Of a DNA stretch of 64,000 nt, positions 21,882-31,947 are shown in pieces. Each line of letters begins with the position of its first letter. The stretch's first letter is position 1. The position numbers and the translations under genes are program-made. A model generated the notes under the pieces. That model was not told the origin of the DNA, did no database searches, and worked only from the letters and a program-made list of their open reading frames with translations. The DNA comes from Polyangiales bacterium (GTDB lineage: Bacteria; Myxococcota_A; Polyangia; Polyangiales; Ga0077539), in the NCBI GenBank assembly GCA_044229975.1, contig JBGARZ010000024.1, positions 86,356 to 150,355 on the forward strand, given 5' to 3'.

Positions 21882-23233
21882 GCGAGGTCGGCAGCAGCAC
21901 GCAAGGAGACGGCGTCGCCTTCCGCGACCCGGCGCCCTTCGACGACGAGGCCCGCGACCTGCGCCTCAAGATCGCCCACGCCCTCGTGCGCGCTCCGCGG
22001 CTCCCCATCGACCTCCCGGCCTTCGGCCTGCGCCTGCTCGACGTCACCGCCGACGGCCGCGCCATCTCGCTACAGCTCGGGCCCGAACACCCCGTCGCCG
22101 CGCTCCGCATCACGCGCCCGAAGGCCACCGCCGACTCGCTGCTCCAGCTCCGTCGCCCCAACGAGGCGGGCGTCGAGGTCACCATCGAGACCATCCATCA
22201 GGCCGCGCAGCGCCACGAGCGCGAGCTCGGCGTGATGGCCGACCGCCTGAAGCGCGCCATCACCGTCCCGCAGTGGGAGGAGGCACAGACCCACGCGCGC
22301 ACCCTGCGAACGCTCCCCGTGGGCGTGCCGATGTACTTCTTCCGGCAGCTCGTGCCGGGGCTGCACCACCCGTCGGGGCTCATCCGCACGGGCTTCAAGT
22401 GCAACCAGGACTGCGGCCTCTGCTGGCAGTCGCGCGACTGGGCCGGCTTCGACGGCGACCACATCCTGCGCTGGATCGAAGACCTCGCCGGGGCGGGTGT
22501 TCGCTCGCTCATCCTGTCGGGCGGCGAGCCCACGCTCGACCCGCGCCTCCCGGAGTACCTGCGTCACGCCCGCGACCGCGGCATCTCGTCGATCACGCTG
22601 GAGACCAACGCCATCCAGTGCGCGCGCAACGACCTCGCGGTGAAGCTGCGCGACGCCGGTCTCACCGACGCGTTCGTGTCGCTGCACAGCGCCGACGCGG
22701 CCGTGTCCGACGCCATCACCCGCGCGCCCGGAACGCACGTTCGCACCATCAAGGGCATGCACGCGCTGCTCGACGCGGGCGTCACGGTGAAGATCAACGC
22801 CGTGATGACCCAGGAGGGACTCGCTCACCTCAGCGGGCTACCCGACTTCATCCACAGCGAGTTCGGTCGGCACGGCAACCTGCTGCGCAAGCTGATGCTC
22901 TCGTACCCGACCGACCCCTACGACCAGGCGCTCATTCCGAGCATCGTCCCGGAGCCCGTCGCGCTGCGGAAGGCGCTCGGCGAGACCCTGGAGCGGGCCT
23001 TCGCGCTGGGGCTCATCCCCGAGGGGCTCGACGGTCCGTGCGGCCCGCCGCTGTGCGCGTTTGGCGCCGACCCGCGCGTCACCGAGCTCAAGCCCATCCC
23101 CGAAGAACTCCCCTTCCGCCAGTACCTGAAGGGCTGCGAGGGGTGCAGCGTTCGCGGGTCGTGCTTCGGGTGCCGCACCGCCGACGTCGCGCTCTACGGC
23201 GACGCCTGCGCCGCACCCATTGCCGCGCCGTAG
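21878..23233 (+). CDS. Radical SAM protein with N-terminal extension
   Basis: CNQDCGLC, GGEPT, ETNA, PPLC, CEGCSVRGSCFG. GTG start overlaps the upstream TGA. Confidence 0.85.
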   Translation: MSEVGSSTQGDGVAFRDPAPFDDEARDLRLKIAHALVRAPRLPIDLPAFGLRLLDVTADGRAISLQLGPEHPVAALRITRPKATADSLLQLRRPNEAGVEVTIETIHQAAQRHERELGVMADRLKRAITVPQWEEAQTHARTLRTLPVGVPMYFFRQLVPGLHHPSGLIRTGFKCNQDCGLCWQSRDWAGFDGDHILRWIEDLAGAGVRSLILSGGEPTLDPRLPEYLRHARDRGISSITLETNAIQCARNDLAVKLRDAGLTDAFVSLHSADAAVSDAITRAPGTHVRTIKGMHALLDAGVTVKINAVMTQEGLAHLSGLPDFIHSEFGRHGNLLRKLMLSYPTDPYDQALIPSIVPEPVALRKALGETLERAFALGLIPEGLDGPCGPPLCAFGADPRVTELKPIPEELPFRQYLKGCEGCSVRGSCFGCRTADVALYGDACAAPIAAP

Positions 23234-23258
23234 CCTCCAAACCTACTGAAGGGCTCCG

Positions 23259-25352
23259 ATGTCGACCCAACCCGACTACGACGTGCTGGTGCTGGGCGGC
23301 GGCCCGGCCGGATCCACCGCCGCCGCGCTCCTCGCCCGCGAGGGCCGCCGCGTGGCCCTCATCGAGCGCGAGCGCATGCCCCGCTACCACGTGGGCGAGT
23401 CGCTGCTGCCGAGCGTTCTGCCCTTCCTCGAAGAGCTCGGGGTCGCCGACGTGGTGGCCAGGCACGGCTTCCAGAAGAAGGTCGGGCAGACCTTCGTGTG
23501 GGGTCGGCATCGCGGCCCGTGGGTGCTCGATTTCCGCGAGCTCGACGTCTACCCCTACGCGTACTTCGTCGAGCGCGCGCAGTTCGATGAGCTGCTGCTC
23601 CGCAACGCCGCGCGCCTCGGCGCCGAGGTGCACGAGGGCGTCTCCGTCGAGGACGTGATCACCGAAGGCGATCGCGTGGTGGGCGTTCGCGCGAAGCGCA
23701 CCGACACCGGCGAGACGTGGTCACCGACGGCGAAGTACGTGGTCGACGCCACCGGGCAAAACGCGCTGCTCGCGAAGCGCGCGGGCGACCGGCAGTACGT
23801 CGAGGGCCTGCGCAGCCTGGCGCTGTGGTCGTACTGGGAGGGCGCTGGCCGACTCCCGGCGCCGGCCGACGAACACATCGTCACCATCTCCACCGACACC
23901 GGCTGGATCTGGTTCATCCCGATGCAGAACGGCCGCACGAGCGTGGGGGTGGTGACCTCCGACGTCGACGAGCTACGCGGCGACTCCGGGTCGCGCGCCG
24001 ACGACATCGCGGCCTTCTACCTGCGCACCATCCAGCGGGCCGAGCTGGTGGGCGAGCTGCTCGCGGGCGCGCGGCAGGTCGAGCGCGTGCACACCCAGCG
24101 CGACTGGTCGTACTGCGCGCGGCGCTTCACGGGCCCCGGCTTCCTGCTGGCGGGCGACGCGGCGTGCTTCATCGACCCGATCCTCTCGACGGGCGTGCAC
24201 CTCGCGATGACCGGCGGGTACAACGCCGCGCTTACCCTCAACAGCGCGCTCGCCGAGCCCGCGCACGAGCCCGCGTTCATGCGCTACTACCAGCGCAGCT
24301 ACGCGACCACCTACCGCGAGCTGCTCACCCAGGTGCGGCACTTCTATCAAATGGAGGTGCACCGCGAGGCGGTGTTCTGGAAGTCGCGGCGCATCCTGCG
24401 GGTCGACCCCCGGCTCGACAACTCGCTGGCCTTCGTCTTCCTCACGTCGGGGCTCGCGCGTCACGTCACCGCCGTCGCGCCGCACGACCTCACCGGGCAG
24501 TCGCGCGCGGCGTTCTCCTCGCGGCTCGATCAGGACGGCCGCGTGGACTACCGCCCCAACGCCCGCGACCGCGACCTCGCGCACGCCTCGCGCCTCGTGG
24601 TCACCGGCGCCGACGGCGCGCTCATCGCCTTCGAGCAGGAGGGCATGCGGCTGCGGCTGCGACCCACCGCCGAGGCCCCGTTCTCCGCGCGGCCCGCACG
24701 CACGGCCTTCCTCCTCGAGATCGCCCGCGGCACCGACGGCCTCCCCATCGGAACGCTGCTCGTCGAGGCCGTGCGCCCCAACCTCCCGGCGGGCGCCCGC
24801 ACCATGCGCGGCTTCGCGGTGCACGCGCGTCCCTACCGCGGCCGCGACGCCGACAGCGCGCTGCTCCGTGATGCAGCGGGCGCGGCGGTGCAGGCCATCC
24901 ACGAGAGCGCCGAGACCTCGCTCGTGTCGCTGGAGGACGACGTCCGCGCGGCGCTCTCCTCCTCCGACGGGACCGCCTGGGACCTCACCGAGCCCGCCGA
25001 CCTGGGCGACGCCGCGGCCGCCGCGATGCCGGTGACGGCGGAGTACGTGCGCGCCTCCGATGGTGAAGGCATCTGGGTGGTGGTCGACGCGCGACGCGCG
25101 CCCGAGGCGCTGGAGAACCCGTTCTGGCGCGGGCGCCTGGTCGACGCGAGCTACACGAGCGAGGTCGAGCGCGACCCGCCGCCCGCTGACGTGCTCGCGC
25201 TGATGGCGAGGGTGACCGACGCGCTCACCGCCATCGAATCCGACTGCCGCACCGTCTCCGAAGCGCTCGCCCGCGCGCCCGAAGCGCTCGCCCGCATCAC
25301 CACCGACGCCTGGACGCTCCGCGGCGTCCGCCGCATCGAGATGGGCGGCTAG
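23259..25352 (+). CDS. FAD-dependent halogenase-like protein with about 270-aa C-terminal extension
   Basis: GGGPAG, PRYHVGESL, FQKK, WIWFIP (WxWxIP halogenase motif), GDAACFIDPILSTGVHLA. Confidence 0.8.
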   Translation: MSTQPDYDVLVLGGGPAGSTAAALLAREGRRVALIERERMPRYHVGESLLPSVLPFLEELGVADVVARHGFQKKVGQTFVWGRHRGPWVLDFRELDVYPYAYFVERAQFDELLLRNAARLGAEVHEGVSVEDVITEGDRVVGVRAKRTDTGETWSPTAKYVVDATGQNALLAKRAGDRQYVEGLRSLALWSYWEGAGRLPAPADEHIVTISTDTGWIWFIPMQNGRTSVGVVTSDVDELRGDSGSRADDIAAFYLRTIQRAELVGELLAGARQVERVHTQRDWSYCARRFTGPGFLLAGDAACFIDPILSTGVHLAMTGGYNAALTLNSALAEPAHEPAFMRYYQRSYATTYRELLTQVRHFYQMEVHREAVFWKSRRILRVDPRLDNSLAFVFLTSGLARHVTAVAPHDLTGQSRAAFSSRLDQDGRVDYRPNARDRDLAHASRLVVTGADGALIAFEQEGMRLRLRPTAEAPFSARPARTAFLLEIARGTDGLPIGTLLVEAVRPNLPAGARTMRGFAVHARPYRGRDADSALLRDAAGAAVQAIHESAETSLVSLEDDVRAALSSSDGTAWDLTEPADLGDAAAAAMPVTAEYVRASDGEGIWVVVDARRAPEALENPFWRGRLVDASYTSEVERDPPPADVLALMARVTDALTAIESDCRTVSEALARAPEALARITTDAWTLRGVRRIEMGG

Positions 25353-25360
25353 GCCCAGAG

Positions 25361-26500
25361 TCACAACAGCGCGTGCAGATCCTCGCGCGTCGTCACCGGA
25401 ATCCCCCGCTTCCCGAACCCCTCCTTCAGCCGCTCGAAGGTCGCCAGCTCCCACTCCTCCGTCGCCGCTTCGGGCCGCCCGACGCTCTCGTACAGCGTCG
25501 TCGAACGCCCCTTCTCGTACATCGGCGCGACGCGCACCGCGTGCACCCACGGCGCGACCTTCTCCACCAGCTTGTCCGGGTCCATCGGCAGCATCGGCTG
25601 CACCACCACGAAGGTCCGCAGCCCCGCTTCGTGCATCGCCTTGAGCGCCTCCAGCCGCGCCTCGATGCCCTCCGTCCTCGGCTCGAACACCGCCCGCACC
25701 CCATCGTCGTCCGTCGGAACGCTCATCCCCACCAGCGCCCGCGGAAACTCCCGCAGCCGCTCCAGGTCATCGAGCACCGACGTCGACCTCGTCAAAATCA
25801 TCGGAACAAACCCCGTCCCCTTCATCGCGTCGAGGCACCCGCGCGTCACGCGGTAGCGCCGCTCGATGGGCTGGTACGGGTCCGTCACGATGGGGCTCAT
25901 CCGCACCACGCCCGGCGGCCGCTTCGCCACTTCCTTCGCGAGCACCGTCGGCAGGTCGGTCTTCACGTCGACCCAGCGCCCCCACGGCAGCACCGGCTCG
26001 CCCTCCAGCGCGCGGCTCGCATCGGCCCGATGCATCGCGTAGCAGTACGGGCACGCCAGGAGGCACCCGACATACGGGTTCAGGTAATAGACACCCGGCA
26101 CCTCCGGCACCAGCGCGTGGTCGGCCGTCAGCTCGCGCACCCGCACCCGCTGCGCCTCTTCCGCCGTCACCGCCACCGGCGCGGGCAGCTCGTGCTCGTG
26201 CGCCTTCACCACGCGCACCACCTCGTCGATCACCGCGCGCTCGTCGGCGTCGAGGTCGCGCCGCAGCCGATCGACCACCGAGTAGTAGACGTTGAGCCGC
26301 GCCGTGCGGGCGTAACAACCCCGCGATGCATCGAGCGTGTCGAGCTCCACCACGAGCCGCCCCTTCGGCCCGCGGAAGCCCAGCGCGAGCCCTTGCTCCA
26401 CTTCCCTCGAAGTGAGCCGCCACCCCGCTGGCAGCACGAGCTCGGTCAGCCAGCGAGCGACCGTCGCGGAGAGCGTCGAGTGCCCCGCGCGAACGATCAT
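25361..26500 (-). CDS. Radical SAM protein, SPL/Rv2578c-like family, with N-terminal extension
   Basis: LNPYVGCLLACPYCYA, TDPYQPIE, ILTRS. ATG overlaps the upstream stop (TGATG). Confidence 0.8.
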   Translation of the reverse strand: MIVRAGHSTLSATVARWLTELVLPAGWRLTSREVEQGLALGFRGPKGRLVVELDTLDASRGCYARTARLNVYYSVVDRLRRDLDADERAVIDEVVRVVKAHEHELPAPVAVTAEEAQRVRVRELTADHALVPEVPGVYYLNPYVGCLLACPYCYAMHRADASRALEGEPVLPWGRWVDVKTDLPTVLAKEVAKRPPGVVRMSPIVTDPYQPIERRYRVTRGCLDAMKGTGFVPMILTRSTSVLDDLERLREFPRALVGMSVPTDDDGVRAVFEPRTEGIEARLEALKAMHEAGLRTFVVVQPMLPMDPDKLVEKVAPWVHAVRVAPMYEKGRSTTLYESVGRPEAATEEWELATFERLKEGFGKRGIPVTTREDLHALL

Positions 26501-28851
26501 CAGCCGAGCACGTTGAGCCGACGACGCGAGTCGACCTCCACCAGGGGCCGGTCGAGGTCTTCCGGGTGCACGAGCCACGGCGGCTCGGGCACATCATCGA
26601 GCTCGTAGAACCCACCGCAGAACACCGCGTGCGGACACGTCGCGCAGACGGGCTTCTTCACGCGGCGCGCGGCGAGGTAGTCGCCGAGGTTCACGTCCTC
26701 GTTGTTCACGAAGATCATGTGCCGCGAGAGCTTCAGCAGGTCGCCCATCATGAAGCGCTCGTACCCGGGCATGAAGCAGAACGGCAGGTTGATCACCTGG
26801 AACTTCATCCGATCGCCCCAGCGATCCATCACCGCCATCGCCGCGTTGGCGGCCGTCTGGGTGTCGGGCGAGATCCACTTCGTCGCGCGCCCGAAGGGCG
26901 TCAGGAACTGGATGTTGAGCCACCGCAGCCCAAGGTCCCACGCGAGCTGGGTGACCGCTTCGAGGTGCGCGGTGTTGCTCTTGGTGAGGGTGATGTTCAT
27001 GCCGAGCTCGACGCCCGGCGGCGCGTGCTTCACGCAGTAGCGGATCCCCTGCACGGTCTGCTCGAAGGCTTCGGCGACACCGACCTGCTGGGCGTGCGAC
27101 TGGGCGTCGTGGCCGTGCACGCTGAAGAGCAGCGTGGTGAGCCCCGAGCGCACGAGCGAGCGCGCGAACTTCTCGTAGACGCAGAGGCGCCCGTTGGTGG
27201 TGACGTTGACGCGCTCGTAGCCGATGCTGCGCGAGTACTGCACCAGCGGGATGAGCTCGGGGTTGAGCGTCGGCTCGCCGCCGTCGAAGTCGACCATGGT
27301 GACGCCCTGCGCGCGGTACCGGTCGAGGTGCTCGCGCTGCCGCGTCGGGTGCCCATCGACCTGCGTGCGCGTGCCCACCGCGCAGAACGTGCAGCGGTTG
27401 TTGCACACGTAGGTGACGTTCATGATGACCTTCTGCGGGCCTTCCACGGCGCGCATGCGCTCCTCGAAGGTCCAGCGGAAGCGGGCGAGCTCCTCGGGCG
27501 TGACGCTCATCCCCGGCTGGCTCGGCGTCATCTGGAAGCGCGGCCCCCAGTCGTCCACCACGGGCAGCGATCGCCCGCGCGCGAGGTCGGTGCCCGGCAG
27601 CGGCGTCGCGTACTGCACCGCGGGCCAGGCGCCGTGGTCTTCGTAGAGTTCCATCGCGAAGCGCAGGGTCTCGTTGATCTCCTCGGCGCTCTCCCCGGGC
27701 AGCCCGATGATGTAGTGGACCATCAACGGCACGCCCGCGGCCTTGGCGCTCTGCGCGGCGCGCACGATGGCCTTGAGGTCGAGCCGCTTCTTCACCACCT
27801 CGGTGACGACGCGCTGCGAGCCGCTCTCGGCGCTCACGCTCACGGTGTTCACGAGGCCGCGCATGCGCGCGAAGTGCTCGGGTTCGAGGTAGTCGGCGCG
27901 CATCCCGTTGGGAACGTCGAAGCGCACCCCGAGCGCCGTCACGCCATCGAGAAAGCCATCCCAGTGCCGCTCGTTGACGTTGATGAGCTCGTCGAGCACC
28001 TCCAGCCGCGACGCCCGGTGGGTCTTCACCATCGTGTCGAGGTAGGCCCGCAACCGCGCCGCCGAGTAGCGCCGCTGGGTCTTCGGCTCACCCAGCTCGC
28101 GCCCCGGGTTGGAGCTGCAATGAACGCACGTAAACGGGCACCCGCGCGAGGTCACCATCGGCAGCGTTCGGCCGTCGATGGGGAAGGCCCACGCGCCGCG
28201 CCCGAGGTCGCCCACCATGCTGGCGCAGAAGCGGTCGTGCGCGTTGAGGTCGACGAGATCCCACGCGGGGAAGGGGAGGGCGTCGAGCGACGACGGGCTC
28301 TCTCCGCGGTGCGCTCCGCGGATGGACTCACCGCGACCGAGCGCCGCGAGCAGCGCGGGCACGGTGACCTCAGCCTCGTACTTCACCCACGCGTCGGCCT
28401 CGGGGTAGCTCGCGAGCACGGCCGCGCCGTCGGCTTCGACGTAGTGCTGGCCCGACTGGTAGGCGTCCGCGAGCACCAGCGCCGCCGTCGGCAGCATCGC
28501 GCGCAGCCCCGTGAGCAGGGCACCGAGCACCTCGTCGCGACCCGGTGGCCGATGAAACGGCGTGTACGCCACGACCACCGCCGCGGGCTTCTCTCCCGCG
28601 GCGATGGCGGCCCGCACCGTCGCGAGCAGCGTCTCCACGGGGACGCCCAGCAGGGCCCGGTCGTCCGCGCGCCAGCGCAGCGCGGCGCCCGGCGTGGCGA
28701 AGGCGTCGACGAGGGTGACGGGGTGCCCGAGCTCGCGCAGCACGGCCGCAAGCTGCACGGCGCCGAGGTCGCTGAAGTACGGGTAGTCGATGAAGTCCCG
28801 CGCCACGCTCACGGGCGGATGCAGCACCAGCGTGGCGACCGGGTGGCTCAT
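26500..28851 (-). CDS. Cobalamin-binding radical SAM protein fused to a second radical SAM domain
   Basis: B12-binding-type N-terminus (LGAVQLAAVLRELGHPVTLVDA), TSRGCPFTCVHC, AESGSQRV, IIGLPGE and TPLPGT. Then CNNRCTFC, GGEPT, TTNG, NLPFC and CATCPHAVFCGG. Confidence 0.85.
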   Translation of the reverse strand: MSHPVATLVLHPPVSVARDFIDYPYFSDLGAVQLAAVLRELGHPVTLVDAFATPGAALRWRADDRALLGVPVETLLATVRAAIAAGEKPAAVVVAYTPFHRPPGRDEVLGALLTGLRAMLPTAALVLADAYQSGQHYVEADGAAVLASYPEADAWVKYEAEVTVPALLAALGRGESIRGAHRGESPSSLDALPFPAWDLVDLNAHDRFCASMVGDLGRGAWAFPIDGRTLPMVTSRGCPFTCVHCSSNPGRELGEPKTQRRYSAARLRAYLDTMVKTHRASRLEVLDELINVNERHWDGFLDGVTALGVRFDVPNGMRADYLEPEHFARMRGLVNTVSVSAESGSQRVVTEVVKKRLDLKAIVRAAQSAKAAGVPLMVHYIIGLPGESAEEINETLRFAMELYEDHGAWPAVQYATPLPGTDLARGRSLPVVDDWGPRFQMTPSQPGMSVTPEELARFRWTFEERMRAVEGPQKVIMNVTYVCNNRCTFCAVGTRTQVDGHPTRQREHLDRYRAQGVTMVDFDGGEPTLNPELIPLVQYSRSIGYERVNVTTNGRLCVYEKFARSLVRSGLTTLLFSVHGHDAQSHAQQVGVAEAFEQTVQGIRYCVKHAPPGVELGMNITLTKSNTAHLEAVTQLAWDLGLRWLNIQFLTPFGRATKWISPDTQTAANAAMAVMDRWGDRMKFQVINLPFCFMPGYERFMMGDLLKLSRHMIFVNNEDVNLGDYLAARRVKKPVCATCPHAVFCGGFYELDDVPEPPWLVHPEDLDRPLVEVDSRRRLNVLG

Positions 28852-28981
28852 GGGCAGTGCCGCGAGTCTAGAACGTTTCCTCTACGGATGTGCCGCCGCG
28901 GCGCCGCGGCGTTGCTGCGCGCGCGTCAATGGTGCTAACAACCGGCGAGGCGCTGTTCCTGCGACGCCGGAGAGGATCGCG

Positions 28982-29242
28982 ATGTTCGGCATGGGCGCAT
29001 CGGAACTGATGATCATCCTGGTGATCATCCTGCTGTTGTTCGGGGCCTCGAAGCTCCCTGAGCTCGGACGCAGCCTCGGCTCGGGGCTCAGCAACTTCAA
29101 GAAGGGGCTGAAGGACGGCGACGAGGGCCCGACCCTGCCCGCACCGCCCGCCCGTGTCGCGCGCGTCGAAGAGCCGCCCAAGGCAGCAGTGCCGGCCGAG
29201 ACCCCGCCGGCGACGCCGACCTCCAACACCAGTGATTCCTGA
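28982..29242 (+). CDS. tatA: Twin-arginine translocase TatA/TatE subunit
   Basis: MFGMGASELMIILVIILLLFGASKLPELGRSLGSGLSNFKKGL is the canonical TatA signature. Confidence 0.95.
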   Translation: MFGMGASELMIILVIILLLFGASKLPELGRSLGSGLSNFKKGLKDGDEGPTLPAPPARVARVEEPPKAAVPAETPPATPTSNTSDS

Positions 29243-29257
29243 GGAGCGCTGACTTCG

Positions 29258-29806
29258 ATGGCTGACACCGACCCGACGCCCGACCCCGCCACCGAGACCC
29301 CCGCGGCACCAGCCGAGCCCGTCCAGCACGGGATGGTGCTGCACCGCTTCGACAGCGGCCTCGTCTGCTGTGAGATGCCGTACGTGCACGGCGTCCTGCA
29401 GGGCGAGGGGAAGATGTACTACACGACCGGCGGGCTCTACGCGCGGGAGACCTACGCGGGCGGCGTGCTCAACGGCCCGACGACGCTCTACTACCCGGAC
29501 GGCGTGCTCCAGGCCGAGCTCCACTACGTCGACGGCCTCCTCGAAGGGACCATCAAGGAGTACTTCGCCACCGGCCGCATCGAGTCCGTCTCCGAGTACC
29601 GCAAGGGCAAGAAGAACGGCCTCACCATCGTCCACAACGAGACCGGCGCCGTCGAGTCGAAGCTGTACTACCTCGACGACTCCATCACGACGCCCGAGGC
29701 CGCTGCTGCCGCCGCCGCTGCGCCTGCCACCGAGACGCCCGCCGAGACCCCTGCGGCCGAAGCCGCTGCGCCTGCCGTCGAGACACCCGCCACCGAGACC
29801 CCGTAG
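29258..29806 (+). CDS. MORN-variant repeat protein (YwqK-like)
   Basis: Repeats such as Y-x2-G-x-L-x-G-x4-YY-x2-G, with low-complexity TETPA termini. Confidence 0.75.
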   Translation: MADTDPTPDPATETPAAPAEPVQHGMVLHRFDSGLVCCEMPYVHGVLQGEGKMYYTTGGLYARETYAGGVLNGPTTLYYPDGVLQAELHYVDGLLEGTIKEYFATGRIESVSEYRKGKKNGLTIVHNETGAVESKLYYLDDSITTPEAAAAAAAAPATETPAETPAAEAAAPAVETPATETP

Positions 29807-29827
29807 GTCTCTCTCCCCGACACGCCG

Positions 29828-31876
29828 TTACGGGGCGTTGGGGTTGCGACCGTCCACTCGATAGAGCGCGACCCGCACCCTGGGCGCGTCGTACGAGAGG
29901 TACGTCATGCTCGGCGTCGCGGGCAGCACCACCTCGTGCAGCCGCGTCATCTGGTAGCGCTGCTCGACCCGCTGGCAGGTCGCGCGCCCCTCCCGCGTCG
30001 AGCAGAGCGACGTGTGCACGTAGAAGCGCGCGCCACTCTGTCGGGAGAAGTCCTCGGTGAACTCCCCCGCCCGCAGCAGCACCGGCGACAGCCCCACGCC
30101 CACCACGCCCCGGTAGAACGGCAGCATCTGCACGTGCTGCCCCACGCGCTCCAGGTACATGATCTGCCCGGCCGGCAGCTCGCTCCGCCACCGCAGCAGG
30201 GCCTGCTGCTCCAGGGCGTCGGTCGGCGCCCTGGTCGCTGAGGACCACGTGCGCCACGACACCAGCAGCGCGAGCAGCGCCACCGCGGCCGCCATCGCCC
30301 GGACCTGCTGCCGGTTGCGGGGCAGGCCCGTGAGCATCGCCGCCGCCACCACCACCATGATCGGCGCGTAGAGCCGGAAGTACGCCAGGTGAACCCAGCG
30401 GGGCGGGCTCGCTGCGCCCACGGCATCGGCTCCGACCAGCGCGACCAGCGCGACCACCATGACCGAGACGTTGAGGACGCTGCGGAGCTTCGAGCGGGTA
30501 CCCCCCACCGCGACCACGCCGATGATCGCCGCGTAGGGCAGCACCGCGTCGACCTGGCGGAAGCCCCCGACCGCTTGCGAGCCCCCGGTCCACTGCGCCC
30601 CGAAGGCCGAGCGCAGCACCGCGAGCATCGACGGAACCGCCGCGACGGCGAGCACCGCGCCGATGATGAGCGTCCCGACGACCGTGCGGAGCACGCGGCG
30701 ACGCCAGTGGCCGGGGCCCAACAACAGCACGGCCGGACAGAGCGCCGAGGCGACCCAGCCGATGGGGTGCACGAGCTCGTGCTGCGCGAGGATGAGGGCC
30801 GCGCCCAGCACCGGGAGCAGGAAGCCCGCGCTGCGAACGCGCAAGGCGGTCAGCGACGAGGCGAGCAGAGCGATGGCGAGGAAGAGCAGCGAGGCGCCGA
30901 CGCCGTAGTACGACTCGCTGCGCGAGAGGCGACCGAGCATCGGATCGATCGCCACCGCGAAGGCGAGCGCGAAGGCTAAGCCACGGGACGCCCCCAGCCG
31001 GCGCGCGACGAACGCCGCGCAAGGCACCGACAGACTCGCGAGCACGCCCTGCACGAAGAACAGCGCCTGGTCGGGGTTGTGGGAGCACCAGCGCAGCCAC
31101 CCGAAGACGGCGCGGAAGCCGGGCCCATAGGGGTGATGCTGCGGCGACAGCAGCACCGACACCCAGAGCGGACCCTGGCCGTTCTGGTGGAAGAACAGCC
31201 CCGGAAACAACAGGTACCGCAGCGCCAGGGTGGCCAGCGCCAGCGCCCCACCGAGCAGTACGCGACGACGCGCCCGCGACGAGCGACGCACGGGCCAGAG
31301 CGACGCGAGCGCGCACGCCAGGGCGCCCAGCAGCAGCCACGGAACGCTGTCGCCCGTCGTCGGGGTGTTGGGCTGTTGGAGGCGACGCTGCGGCGCCCGC
31401 ATCGCCCCGCCGCCGCCGAAGTCACCGCTGGCGCGAACGCACGCGGTGATCTTGTCGAAGCCCTCGCGCATCCGCGGGTCGACCTGCTCCCAGTCCGCGA
31501 AGTTGCCCACCGGCGAGAGCGCCCACTGCCCGACCTGGCGGAAGCCCTGCGACGCCCCGTACCGCATCTCCACGCGCAGCTCGGGCTCGCCGCGCAGGTC
31601 GACGAGGGCGACGCGCTCCTCGGGGCACTGCAACGACGCGATGGTGATGCCCTGCTGGGCCGAGCAGCGGGCCGCCCACTCCACCACCGGAGCCCGGCAC
31701 GTCGGGTCGCTCCGTGGGGTCGTGGGCGCCCCTCCGTCCCCCGCGGGAGCCCGGTTGTTGGCCTGGGCCGAAGACCCGTTGCCGTCCTGTGAAGGCGCCG
31801 GTGCGCGCTGGCCCGAGCCGCAGCTCGCGAGCAGCCACAGCGCCGCGAACCCGAACCACCGCCACGTCATCGTCAT
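29828..31876 (-). CDS. Lipoprotein-signal, multi-pass membrane protein (possibly GT-C-like)
   Basis: Lipobox LLASC, a soluble N-terminal domain, about 10 TM segments including 'SRSESYY', and a soluble C-terminal domain. Confidence 0.55.
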   Translation of the reverse strand: MTMTWRWFGFAALWLLASCGSGQRAPAPSQDGNGSSAQANNRAPAGDGGAPTTPRSDPTCRAPVVEWAARCSAQQGITIASLQCPEERVALVDLRGEPELRVEMRYGASQGFRQVGQWALSPVGNFADWEQVDPRMREGFDKITACVRASGDFGGGGAMRAPQRRLQQPNTPTTGDSVPWLLLGALACALASLWPVRRSSRARRRVLLGGALALATLALRYLLFPGLFFHQNGQGPLWVSVLLSPQHHPYGPGFRAVFGWLRWCSHNPDQALFFVQGVLASLSVPCAAFVARRLGASRGLAFALAFAVAIDPMLGRLSRSESYYGVGASLLFLAIALLASSLTALRVRSAGFLLPVLGAALILAQHELVHPIGWVASALCPAVLLLGPGHWRRRVLRTVVGTLIIGAVLAVAAVPSMLAVLRSAFGAQWTGGSQAVGGFRQVDAVLPYAAIIGVVAVGGTRSKLRSVLNVSVMVVALVALVGADAVGAASPPRWVHLAYFRLYAPIMVVVAAAMLTGLPRNRQQVRAMAAAVALLALLVSWRTWSSATRAPTDALEQQALLRWRSELPAGQIMYLERVGQHVQMLPFYRGVVGVGLSPVLLRAGEFTEDFSRQSGARFYVHTSLCSTREGRATCQRVEQRYQMTRLHEVVLPATPSMTYLSYDAPRVRVALYRVDGRNPNAP

Positions 31877-31947
31877 CTCGTCGGCTCCCGGGGCGCACGC
31901 TACGCACCGCGGTTCCGCAGGGTCAAGCTACGCGTAGTCACGGTACG

